NCBI GenBank assembly: GCA_964035545.1
Contig: OZ037771.1
Location: forward strand, 6,729,190-6,793,189
Length of the DNA stretch: 64,000 nucleotides
Source: Bugula neritina
Taxonomy: Eukaryota; Animalia; Bryozoa
Direction of reading: 5' to 3'
The position numbers and the translations under genes are program-made. Positions within the stretch are counted from its first letter, which is position 1; each line of letters opens with the position of its first letter. Shown piece by piece: positions 28,301 to 40,670 of the stretch. The notes under the pieces were generated by a model. It ran no database searches. It was not told where the DNA came from and was given only the letters and a program-made list of their open reading frames with translations.

Positions 28301-29707
28301 TTGAACCAAGTTCTTTTTCAGTTTTGAATTTCTATTTAGCTTAAAACTTTCAACTAATGTCAACAAAAGAAAATTATTATTACAAATTTGTGTTGCCGAG
28401 TAAACAGATCTGGAAAGTCTGCACTGATATCTATTTTGAAACCAAATGATTATTTGTTGTTATACCCTATTAGTAAAATTATAGAATAGGGGGGTTATAT
28501 ATAAAACCCAAACCTACAGCTTGTAACCCAGTTTCACTATAAAAATAAGGTTATTATTCTCTTATTACAAAGCAATATGATGGCGTCCAGGGTCCACTAA
28601 TTACACAGTTTCAGAGTAGCTATAAATATCAGTAACCAGATAACAATGTGCGGAATCCAAGCAAGGAGGACAGTTATTAAAACCTTCACTCCTACCTTCT
28701 GCTTTGTAAACCTCTTCTCATGTAGGGACTGCAAGTTTATTGAGCATAGTTACACCTAGGCAGGTAGTTCTCTGTTTTTACCCTTTGCCAAGTAAAGTAT
28801 GGTAGCCTACTGTACATCCATGGGTACAAGTGTACTGTAAGTGAGACTAGATTTAGGTTATCAGTGCTATTCAATACACCCACCCCTTCTATTTCAGCAT
28901 AACCCCAGTAGTATATATTCCAGTGGGTCAACGATGTACAGATATATGCCGGCTTATGTTATTTCAAGGCTGTTGAAAGCTGCCAGTTGAGTACTGTTCG
29001 TGAAAGTATAAAAGTGAATTACCTGCATTAATTCGACACTTCAATTCAATAATTAGTTGAAGTATGCGGAAAGAGCCTGTGTTCTAGAAGAACAAATCTT
29101 TAGTCAGTACTCAAATGAAAAACTTAAGCTGTAATAAGTTCTGTGTAAAGCCTCCAACTTGCAGGAAATATTGTTGGAGTTGTCACCCATCACAGTCAAA
29201 AAAATATTGCTGTCACATTAAATAAAGCACCACTACTGGCAGCATGAAACAGGTACTGGGTTGTGCGCATATTTCTTAAGGCACAAAAATCACTTTAAGC
29301 AGCACTGAGTTGGAGGTGACTGAGTACAGTATCTATACACATTGGACTCGGTGTGCAAACTCCACACCCGATATCCCCCTCCTTCAACCAATGCACTTAG
29401 TCACACTGAATTAAAACGTAATATTACAAATTAATAGCTTATGCTTCAACTTTCAATGCTTACTAACCTCCAACTCGTGGGTTTTTTTAAACACCCACTT
29501 GGCTTTGCACCCATGCGGCAACCACTATCACGATGTATGAGCTATTAAACATTAGGTACCGGTTAAACTTTAATGACATGAACACACCTTGGTTGGTGGC
29601 AAATCTGGTTTTCTGTTTGGTGGTGGTATTGCCGCTGCAGCAGCTGACATGTTCCGCAAACCATAACGACCAACTCCAGCTGACAGTGTTTTGCAAAGAG
29701 TTAGCAT
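22396..29707 (-). CDS. ALDH2: Mitochondrial aldehyde dehydrogenase 2-like, paralog A (about 518 aa, 11 exons)
   Basis: Exons (minus): 29588-29707, 27078-27323, 26673-26752, 26283-26394, 26043-26187, 25389-25586, 24729-24913, 23896-24060, 23418-23575, 22719-22833, 22396-22428. Transit peptide [21 protein letters not shown]; motifs [46 protein letters not shown]. All junctions are in phase. Confidence 0.93.
24103..24655. repeat. About 16-bp minisatellite (CATGGTGACACATAGA) filling ALDH-A intron 7
   Basis: More than 30 degenerate copies; the variant block GACACTCGACACAGTGACACACAGAC recurs three times. Confidence 0.95.
25175..25357. mobile_element. Degenerate copy of Tc1/mariner-type MITE (same family as 45730-45939)
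   Basis: Right end TGAGATATGGAGGGAGCACTG followed by TA is the reverse complement of the left TIR of the 45730 copy; the internal GTCACGAATTGAGGTTTCGA is shared. Left end is eroded. Confidence 0.8.
26598..26680 (-). repeat. 24-bp tandem repeat of the ALDH-A exon 3 donor junction
   Basis: Gene strand reads ACTTACAG|gtaagtaaaaggttttacttacag gtaagtgaaaggttttacttacag gtaagtgaaagggtttatttacag gtatt. Confidence 0.9.
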
Positions 29708-30511
29708 TTTACTGAGCTCGTTTAGCAACTGCAGAAAACAGCCAAGTGAAGTGCTGATGCTATAAGTATAAGTTTGCTACTATCACTATGTCTTTTATGC
29801 CTTGATTGGCTTTATCAATGTCATGTGATTGAATAGGTGAAATATTGTCCTGCAATCTGCACAAGCTTATGAGTTAGTAGCAGTAGTAGCTCACTCGAGT
29901 GATAACTGAAAGTGTATGGATATTGTAACTCGATAACTTGGCAATGTTACAACAATCTGTAATGAACAGCTCAATACAGCTGCAAATCGCTAGAGCGGAA
30001 CGCTATTTTAATGCAGCAACATGGATGGCCGGTTGACCAGCCTTCGAAAGCTGCTCACAAATATAGATTTGAAGATCTATCTCAATAGGCTATGCAGGAT
30101 TGTGATGTCACCACAGAGAAGTTTTGTGGACAAATGATACTGATCTGTAAGTTAGAATATATTATTAGTGCAACTTGCAAGTGTTCTTAAAGAACTTATT
30201 TATTAACTTGATTAGGTGAAGTATATTAAACTCACTAAATGCACTGTAATGTAGCATATTTGACTGCGTGCATATGCATGTATATATTGTGTGTAGTGTT
30301 AGTAATATGTGCAAGAAAAAGTTTTTCTAAGTTTATATTTTACATTAAATTACATGTTTAATAACTCTTTGTATACATTATAAAAAAAATCAGAAATTAC
30401 GTAGCAAATTGTCGATAACAGAACATTTTTTTATGTATATCGTATTACGAGTAAGTGAGCATATTGCTATTTAATTGAGTAAGCTTCATTAAATGTAGTT
30501 TGATATAAAGG

Positions 30512-30625
30512 CATACAGGTAAATATACAGGTATGCAGGTAAGTATACAGGTATATAGTATACAGGCACACAGGTAAGTATACAGGTATGCAGGTAAGTA
30601 TACAAGTAGGTATACAGGTATACAG
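30512..30625. repeat. Degenerate TACAGGTAAGTA-type repeat in the ALDH-B 3' region
   Basis: CAGGTAAGTAT occurs at 30536, 30571 and 30591 among TACAGGTA variants. Confidence 0.85.
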
Positions 30626-30690
30626 TCCTCAGGCGACCATTTCAACACCAGGTAGTGGCTGAGTCCAGCTGATCCTCATTCTCAAAGAGT

Positions 30691-33600
30691 TTACGAGTTT
30701 TTCTGTTGAGTTTTGATGATGACCTGTAAAAGAGTATATATATAACATTTTGCTGTAAAAGAGTGAATATATATTGCTGTAAAAATATAATATATTTGGT
30801 CACCTATAGATGTACAGCAACTTCTTTCACATATAATTGAATTATAATAGAAGTGATAAACTAACAAAAGTAAGTCTAACCTCACAAAACATGTTCCATG
30901 TTAAACAAAAACACATAAATAAGATAGCAGGAGAGGAAGCAAAATAGCTTGTGATCTACTCTCAGTATGCACAACTACAGGGCAGTTCCCCTCTCCTCTC
31001 ACAAGTTTAACAAAGTAAATAACAGCCACTTTTGCTATCAAAATATCACAAATTAATCTATAATGAGTAATAATAAATATAAACACAAAATGTTTACCGT
31101 TTTCTTCTCGGTGTACTGCTCTAAACCAAACTCCCCGAGTTCCCTGCCACACCCGGACATCTTAAACCCTCCAAATGGCGCCGCAGGATCAAACACGTCG
31201 TATGCATTCACACTAAAAGTACACAGAAGCCGGAATAGACAATAGGATGCTTGCGAGTGTATAGGCAGAAACTAACAGAAATCTGATGTATTGACCAATA
31301 CAAATTTAGTTTAACATTTTTTGCCATATTTGCAAAGATGACTATAAATTGAATATAATTATATTGTGAATGAATCAAATAATAATTCTAGAGAGTAGAA
31401 ATCCCAGCCAATCAACACTCAGAAAACAAAGGATGAAATTTAATCGCATCTGAATGCAATATTTCCAGTGCTGAATACCAGACTACTCTGAAATTAGAGA
31501 GCTACGGTACACTATAACATGAACACACTACTTTATAGCAGCGTTGAACACATACATGCTTGGAGTTGTAGAGTGAACAACGCTTTATTCTAGTTTATGT
31601 AATATTTGTTGCTAGGTATGTTATATATGATACTTTGTATTGGCCCTCTTTCACGCCATACATTTATTACTATTAAACAGAGTTTAGCAATTCAATAAAT
31701 TAAACTTAATATAGAATAAATCAACGAAACTGGAAGCTCTAAAATTTATGGTGATGTGACAGTGTCATGTGACAGTACAAAGTATTATTATACATATAAA
31801 TGCATCTGAACATTCACACCAGTAGCAATAATGGAAATGACTCGGCAATTTTGAAGTTTTGTACATATCTATAAATTCAAAGTATGCATGCCTGCATATG
31901 TATTGTATATGTAACTATTAGTATAACTTACTACACGGTTCCAGCTCTAAGTTCGTGTGCGACCTTGATAGCTTTCTCAAGGTTGGTGGTGAAGACTGAA
32001 GCGGCCAGCCCGTACATGTTCTTATTTCCTCTGGCGATCACCTCATCAATGTCCTTGAACTTCATGATTTGCATCACTGGCCCAAATATCTACAATCACA
32101 TCTCCTTGTAAGAGGAACAACTTGATACCAGCAGTTTTGATGATCCAATCAAAATATTTGATTGAAGAAATTATTGTCGTTGATGTTGTTCCATGAATCG
32201 TAACTAATTTTTATTGCTTATAGAAATAGCTTGTCATATTCAAAAAAAGAAGAAGCTATGACAAAATTAAAATTAGGAAAAGACCTTCAACACAACAACC
32301 AGTTTAACAAATGTAATCAACATGTTTATTATGGACTTGTTTTCAGCATTTCTATTTTAGTTGTTTTAAGAAAATCTTTGTTAAAAAGCATTTGAGTAAA
32401 CCAACTGGTTACAATTGTTGACTATTCCATCTTGAAGTAATTAAATATTTAGGGTAATTAAGATATCTTAGATTATCTTGCTAACTCTTACTTATTCTGT
32501 AGTAAAAAAAATACCTCTTCATTTGCAATCCTCATGTCATCCTTGACGTCTGCAAACACTGTGGGCTGGAAGAAGTATCCTTCATCTCCCAGCTGTGCCC
32601 CTCCCAGGGCGAGTTTAGCTCCTTCTTTTGTTCCACTTTTACACAATTCCGTGATTTTATCAACTTGCTCCTGGCTTACCTATTCATTACAAAATACTAA
32701 ACAAATTCTAATAACTGTGAAGTATTCAATTTTCCTCAAAAAACTTTTATTAAAAGTATTATATTGGTTAGTAGCTGATGGTTGTGCAGCTAAAATTTTT
32801 TTTTATAGCTAAAAGTTTACACTTTGGCATAAAAATATTTCTATACAGAAATGAATTCACATCATGAAAAATCTAACTGCAGTTGAAAAAATACTGAAGA
32901 GTAAAAGTATCAACTCCGCACACCTGGGGACCTTGCTCAACACACCTGGGGACCTTACTCAACACACCTGGGGACCTTGCTCAACACACCTGGGGACCTA
33001 TCTCAACACACCTGGGGACCTTGCTCAACACCAAGCTCAAACGGATCTCCAACTTTTCTCTTCTTGGCTCGTTCAACGCTCGCTTCAACAAATCTGTCGT
33101 AAATGGATTCTTCAACATACAGCCTGCTTCCTGCACAGCAGCACTGTCCTTGGTTGAAGAAGAGAGCAAAGTGTGACTTCTCCACAGCGTAGTCAACTGT
33201 AAACAGAGTGTTACCACTCAACGCAATCATCAGCTTAATATACTTAACCATCATAATGGTGTATAGTTAAAAATTATTCTTATAACAAGAATATCATGAA
33301 TTCTAAAGAAAACATCAATGGTTTGCTAAACAATGTAACATATATTTATGAAGTTGTTCTACCAATGCTATGGAAATGTGAACATTTAGATTTTAGACCG
33401 ATGGGGAACTACACTCATTTCAGCATTTTATTAATACAAATATTAATATAAATTGTCAAATTCAAAGTTGTTGTTGTTGAATGTGAAGGTCATATCTCAA
33501 AAACTAACCTCGATCAATAGTGTAGGAAAATGGCAAAGGTTAAACCGTTTCTTACAATACATTGGTTCAGTCATAATATTAGCTCAACTGCATGTTAATG

Positions 33601-36600
33601 TGAAAAATCCCAAGTGGTATTCCAAAGAACCTTGTCAAAATAGCTATTATAATAACCCATGTTTATATTACATGTTCAGACGTAGATGTGTAACTCACAA
33701 TCACAGTCTCCAAAGACTACATTCGGACTCTTCCCTCCCAGCTCTAGAGTAACTCTCTTCAAGTTTCCTGTGGCCATTGTATGAATAAGTTGACCTATTT
33801 CTGTACTTCCTGTGAATGCGACTTTATCAACTCCATCGTGGGTAGCTATAGCACCACCAGCTGTGGGTCCGTAGCCACTGAGAATATTTACCACACCTGA
33901 AAGAAATAAAAATTAGAACTACTATTTATTGCATGTGAAGATCTGTGTTAGATATAATAAGATAGTTCAACTTCAAATCACAGAGCTAGACAAATATTTA
34001 AATTGTAAAATTAATTGTTCGAATTATTTTAAAAAGCGAAAACATTAATATGACAGTTGTATAACAAATATGAAATCTGATTAGACCATTCTTATGTAAA
34101 TCACCATTTCTTTAGAAATTAGCAAACATTATGAAAAATATTCTTTGGAAAAAGAATAATTATACCTGGTGGGAAACCGGCTTCCTTGACCAAAGCAGCA
34201 ATATGATTGGCTGTCAGGGGTGTCTGTTCAGCCGTCTTCATAACAATAGTGTTACCCATTGCTAGAGCTGGGGCTAATTTCCACGCTTGCATTGCCAACG
34301 GAAAGTTCCACTACATTTCAATGAAGTAAAATCAGCCAATAGTATCAGACTAAACAAGATGGGGGACAGTGATATCAGGGTTCAGGTGATTGTGAAAAAC
34401 TGTAGCATGTTTTTTTTATAAACGAGTAAAACTAATGAAATTGTATATTGCAGAATACTAACTGGAATTATTTGCCCACAAACTCCAACTGGTTCCAGTC
34501 TAGTGTACGCAAAATGATCTCCATCTATAGGAATTGTCTGTCCATGTTTCTTACCAGCCCACCCGGAGAAGTATCTGTTTAAAATGAATATACACCACTC
34601 ATAAAAAGAGCTACAGAAGCAACATAAAGCACGAAAGAACACCATGAGCAATGTTAGAGCCTGTTTCAAGGAAAATATGCAGGAGTTATGCTCTTTCTGC
34701 CAACAGATATGTCTTAGTTATCCGATACTTTGCACTGTTCTGAAGACATCAAAGTTGCTTTTAGATACTACAGTCACTGAACTGAAACTATAACTGGTTA
34801 TAGTTCAATGACTACAGTAGTGAAGACCACATAGTCTAACTACGCATACGTCAGGCATAACTACAACTTAGTACAATCAGCTATTCTCACAATAAATTAC
34901 ATCTCTTAGTTAAATTAGGTAAAAAGTAATGGTAGCTATCCAAAGTGCTGCCCACCTGTAAGTGTTGATGGTCAAGGCCAAATCGGCAGCATAAGCATCA
35001 CCATAGGGCTTTCCGTTGTCCAGAGTTTCTAGTGACTGAAATATTCACAACAATAGAGTGATACGTTTCTGTCTATAAGGTTGTAGCATCAAAATACACT
35101 GTATTCTAAAATTCATTTGGATCTACATACTTGAATATAGACAAACAAGTTAATTTAAAAGATACTTACAGCTAAGTAAGTTCATAGAATACTTACAGTT
35201 AGGTTCATATAATACGTACACCAAAGTAAATTAATAAAATACTTACAGGTAAGTTCATAGAACACTTACAGGTAAGTTTATAGAATACTTACAGCAAGAT
35301 AAGCTCTATCTCTCTCTATCAGATCAGCCAATCTGTGAAGTAACAACCCTCTACGAGATGCATCCATTGTTCTCCACTCAGACCCCAGTTCAAAGGCTTC
35401 TCTAGCGGCAGCAACAGCAATATCAACGTCTGCGGCATCAGCTTCTGCCATGTGAGCAATGACCTCTCCATTGGTTGGGTTGTGAGTTTCAAACGTCTTT
35501 CCGGAAACAGCATTCACCCACTCATTGTTGATGAAGAGCTAAAAATAAACACCAGCTAATACTAAATACTAAATAGCATAAAGCTATCTACAAACTTAGT
35601 AGAACTTCTGGTTTAAAATCTTGATAATTCTGTCAATAAAAGTAACTCTGTAAGAACCCTTAAATTTGATATTTAGCCTGATCAGCTCAGCGATGTGTAG
35701 TTAACTCAAGTGAACAACTCTATGCTACCAAAATATCTTTCAAAAGCATTCAAAAGAAATAAAAAACAACTACTCCATTTCTTATAAATGAGGACAAAAG
35801 AGGTTACATTTGCATATAGCTGTCAGTTGGCTAATGAGAAATTTATAACTTATAACACATTCCTATATAATCATCTAATTCACTATAGTAGTTGCAAGGG
35901 ACCAGGGAGCAATATTTGGCAATGAGAATGCAGCTGTAAAACTGCCAGAAGTTCTCTTTAACAAGAAGCTAAAGCAGAAAGTTGAAGCTAAGAACTGTCT
36001 GTGACTATGAAGTCCAATCAGCTATTACCACAATCTTACACTACTAGAAATAGTCACTTAGGAGCAGTAGTGGAGAAATTGAGATTGCCTAAGTTCTTCA
36101 AATTTCTTTATAAACTTTGGTTTGGGGTAGGGGTTGAAAACCTCTCAAGAACATAACTTTGTATGCTACATTTCTAATCTAGAACACAGGCTTTTCTCAA
36201 TTTCTCCATTACTGCAGCTCATAATAGCAGACATTAGATTACTATCTGAATGATTAGAACAGCGAGCCACCAGCATATAGTAGATAAGAGCTATAACTAA
36301 ATATAACAGCTTATCACCACTTGTTGACTGCAACTTGCTAATAGAAAGTCACTGGAGCACTTGCTGTGCTACTCGGCTATAAGATTCCCTGCTATTCTGT
36401 GCACCACCAGGTGACCTGTTTATGTTTTGGCTGCATAATACTCTATCTTGAGAAATGAGCTGAGCAGGTGGATGATAGACCAAGAGAAAGTCTGTACACA
36501 GCAACCTTACACACACATGTGTCCCTTGATCTCTACACACATGTGTCCCTTGATCTCTACACAGAATACAGTGACTTCGAGATCTACACAGAGTATGACA

Positions 36601-38409
36601 GCAGTTGCATGGGCAGCAATATTTTCAGCTCCCGATTTTAGTCTCATGTTTTCAACTAAGGTCATACTGAGTATAAGAAAGTACTACGTTAGGTCAAGGC
36701 TTGAAGCTCGTCTTATGCTTCCAGCTTTGTCTCAAGTCAACTAATTTTGAGGCAGAATATCACAAAATATTGAGTAGAACCAGTAACAGTGTCTATAGCA
36801 GAGCACTATTTGACAGTCAGCAAGGGAGCAGCTGTGGTCTAGGGGTTAGGTGGTCTAGGGGTCTTAGAGCGTTTGCCTGGTATACACGAAGGTCATGGGT
36901 TTGAGCCCGGACAAAGGCCATTAGTGATGTTAGGAAGAGCATCCAGTTATAATTGCTCCTGTGCCTCATTTAAATAAGTCCTTAGCCCACTTCAGCAAAA
37001 ACCCTTTCTATCAGGGGTTTCTCAAAGGGATGGTGACTATAAACTTTCGTGAGTTTTTTTATTTGACAGTCAGCAGGGTTGACACATAACTTGTATAGTT
37101 GACTGCAGCATATCACAGCTCACAGTATGATGAAGAATATATAATTATGGTCTGGCATACTTTATCCAAGCACAGGGCATGCAGGCAAATGATTTATTTT
37201 CTTTGCAAGTTTGTGATTTATGTGGATGATATATAGCTTAGAGTTGGTCGTCAACTGAAGCTTGTAGTTGATGTGGAGGTTTATGGAATGGTAGAGATTT
37301 ATTATGTCTATGGAAATGGTTGAGGGGGATTAGAACACCGTAATTAGTTTATTTTTTATGTCACAAATAAATATTACACCAGTAGGTACTAGAGTCTCGA
37401 CTCTAGCTTCTAGCTGTTGGGAATCACTAAAAGCAGCACCCAGTTTGGGGTCACTAAGTATAGTGCTTGTATATATTATAACATATTGTAGGTCTCAAAT
37501 TATAAACCCTAAACTTCAGACTCCCCCCAACCACTGCACTCAGCGCCCACCAACTTGAATCTGCTTCTAGTTGCTAGTTGAAAGATACAAAAATCTACTG
37601 GTTTTGCACCTCCCAGTCTTAGCCTAGCGAGGAGCAGGTATTAATATATTTCAAAAATCGGTATGTAAGCAAGACTTCTTGACATATGTTTGTAGATCAT
37701 TGGTACTCTGCACTTGCATATAACCAACAACTTTATATGCATACTAGCTATCACACAGCTTGAATAGTACAATAAGTAAAAGACAATAATTTGAAACATA
37801 CTTTGCTTACTACAAGAATTATAACATAAACATGGTTGACGAAATGGAAAACTCAGCAGAGGCGCTAACATAAGCTGAGTATGGAAAGCCATTTACTGAA
37901 TGATTCTTCAATGATATCAAACTTAAAACTGAGAATTTTTAGTCCACGGACAGTTGAATAAACTGTGAATACAGTTACAGAACCTTTTACAGGCACTTAA
38001 CTGAAAGAAGTGGAGGACAACCCCTTCTGGACAATGTTTTAACATTCGCCTTTATACAAAATGAAAATGATTTACTCACATCTTTATCTTACTCAAAGAA
38101 CAACCACCAACCCACTGGCATTTACCTTTAGTTTAGAAGCTTTGCAGTGTGTCAGTAGTTAGTCTAGAGCAAGTCGAATCATAACATAAGCCCTGATAAT
38201 GTGTTAGTAAAACTAAATATAACATTATCGGTGCCTATAACTATAAGTATACTAACACTAACAGTAACTAAAGTAAAACAAATGGGCATTACCTTGGTAG
38301 GAGGTAGATCTGGCTTCCTGTTCGGTGGTGGTATTGCAGACATGCATCTTACATTCTGTCTGAAAGCTCTGGTAGCTGCAGCTCCGACTGTTTTCAATAC
38401 AGAATGCAT
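30691..38409 (-). CDS. ALDH2: Mitochondrial aldehyde dehydrogenase 2, paralog B (about 517 aa, 11 exons)
   Basis: Exons (minus): 38293-38409, 35293-35538, 34956-35035, 34463-34574, 34166-34310, 33699-33896, 33012-33196, 32515-32679, 31932-32089, 31098-31212, 30691-30723. Exons 2-11 have the same sizes as paralog A. Transit peptide [24 protein letters not shown]; canonical [15 protein letters not shown] and YDVF motifs. Confidence 0.95.
32919..33031 (-). repeat. 22-bp tandem repeat (5 copies) spanning the ALDH-B exon 7 donor
   Basis: Gene-strand unit GTGTGTTGAGCAAGGTCCCCAG; the first copy is the coding end of exon 7 (VEQGPQ). Confidence 0.93.
36823..37059 (+). mobile_element. tRNA-derived SINE with 16-bp target-site duplication, ALDH-B intron 1
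   Basis: TSD TATTTGACAGTCAGCA at 36807-36822 and 37060-37075; A-box-like TGGTCTAGGGGTTAGG and B-box-like GGGTTTGAGCCC; homologous empty site at 27725-27740; second copy at 49845-50035. Confidence 0.88.
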
Positions 38410-39896
38410 TCTCTCAGCTACTAGTAACTACAACCACTTGCCTGAAGTATTAGATGACTATAACTGCGTGTAGAAGGGCAGTGATTCAGGGATTTTGCAG
38501 CGATTGATAAGGATTGTTGTTGAGCATCAAGGCGTGAAAAGAAATAGCAGGTGACGAGTTCTATAATGATTACACTGACAGAATTTACGAGACGAGCTCA
38601 TAAACGTCTATTTATTTTCAAAAGACTCCTTTAGGAACTACACATCCAATCGGATGATCCAGGAGAAAGAATGTCTAAGTGATGATTGGTCAATGTGAAT
38701 AATATTATTATTATTATAGCGCGATCAATGACTATTTATACAGGTCCTGGATAATGATACAAAAGCTATAGATCTATTAGGTCAGGTAGTGCAAGCACGA
38801 GGTGGTTTGAAGAGATGACGCACTTTGTACAATTTATAATGAACGCGCAGCTGAAAAAGGCTACTATGATTGTCGTATTAGAAGTCATCTACCCAGTAAC
38901 TTGTCTACAACACAAGTGGAAGAAAATTTAATGCATTGGTTAAAATTTGAAGATAGTAAGTGGACTGCGAATATAAAGTAAATTATGTAAATCATCTAAT
39001 TTATTTTTGATACAAACTGTTAATTAAGGGTGCAGACTTGAGAAAAAAAGTTAAATTTTAATAGCAGATTTTATTTTGAGTTGATGACACAAGTTTATAT
39101 AATTTAGTCTAACAAAATCAATGAAGGAAAAAATTAAGTAAAGTAATTGAATTTTGAATAGCTAAAATGCCAATTTAAATGAACTTTACAAAAAGTTTTT
39201 GTTAAAAATGCTATAGGTATAAAACGAGCAAATATTAAAGTAAAAATACTAACACTACATTCTATAATAGTGAGCAAAACATAAAATAATAAACCTAGAC
39301 AATGCATAAGCATTGAAATAATAAAAAAAGTACAATAATATACTTAGCTAAGTTTGTGCAATTTTAAAGGCTTTAAAAACATATTATAATTAAAAAAGAG
39401 ACATGAGTGCTAAAAGGTTGCTAAGTATACAGAGAAGGCCTTGAGTAGAATTGGTTATTACATAATAAAATTCTTAAATAAATACTGATGAAGCATATAA
39501 AATATTATGACAGACATAAAGGATTTTATACAGGTCTATAGAATAAAGCACTAGACTTTTGAGATTGAAAAGACGAGTCAAGCAATATGTACAAAATTAT
39601 AAAGTAATAAAAAAATGGTGGGTAACGAAAATTATCTTCACCTGCAACACATTATGCAATATGGAAGCCAATTGGTTTAAATGGGGAGAGTTGAATACTG
39701 ATTGGTTAATTTTAATTGCAGGAAATTAGGCTGCTAGTTGATATTGTATACATTTGATTCACTGTTAAAGTATGTCTGAGTTTGAGACAACAATATTTTA
39801 CATAAAGTCTGGACGGATTAGCATATAAAAATGCTGTAAAACTATGAAATCTCTCAGTACAAAATTCCTAACCAAGTTTTCACAGCAGTTACTACA

Positions 39897-40216
39897 TCAC
39901 ATGTGGGCAGTTCTCCACCCTTCCCTTGTTCCATCTCTGCTATTCCTAGGTCTGATGCCATGAAAGGATTGAGTATAGATATTCTCTGAAGATGTGTTGG
40001 AGTTGTTGTCACTAAGCTCTAAATACGAGGTACCGATTCTTCGACCAAACCTCTTCTTCCACCTGAACAGATCAAAACCTTCATTATACACATTCAACTC
40101 CTTTTATATGACTATCCACTGTAGTATTAAAAGTACTCCTGCTACTACTGCTGCTACTAATACTACGGCTTCTGCTACTACTACTGCTACTACTACTACT
40201 AATACTACGGCTTCTG

Positions 40217-40261
<45 letters not shown>

Positions 40262-40585
40262 ATACTACGGCTTCTGCTACTACTACTACTACTAATACTA
40301 CGGCTTCTGCTACTGCTACTACTACTACTACTACTACTACTAATACTGCGGCTTCTGCTACTACTAATACTGCGGCTTCTGCTACTACTAATACTGCGGC
40401 TTCTGCTACTAATACTACTACTAATACTACGGCTTCTGCTACTACTACTACTACTACTACTACTACTAATACTACGGCTTCTGCTACTGCTACTACTACT
40501 AATACTGCGGCTTCTGCTACTACTAATACTGCGGCTTCTGCTACTACTAATACTGCGGCTTCTGCTGCTACTGCTGCTGCTACTG

Positions 40586-40670
<85 letters not shown>

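Noticed and set aside
36823-36915. Possible tRNA gene
   Set aside because: Degenerate cloverleaf with a duplicated A-box, continuing into a SINE body flanked by a TSD.
27324-38409. Idea that both ALDH bodies share one first exon by alternative splicing
   Set aside because: Paralog A has its own transit-peptide exon at 29588-29707, which the ORF track misses.
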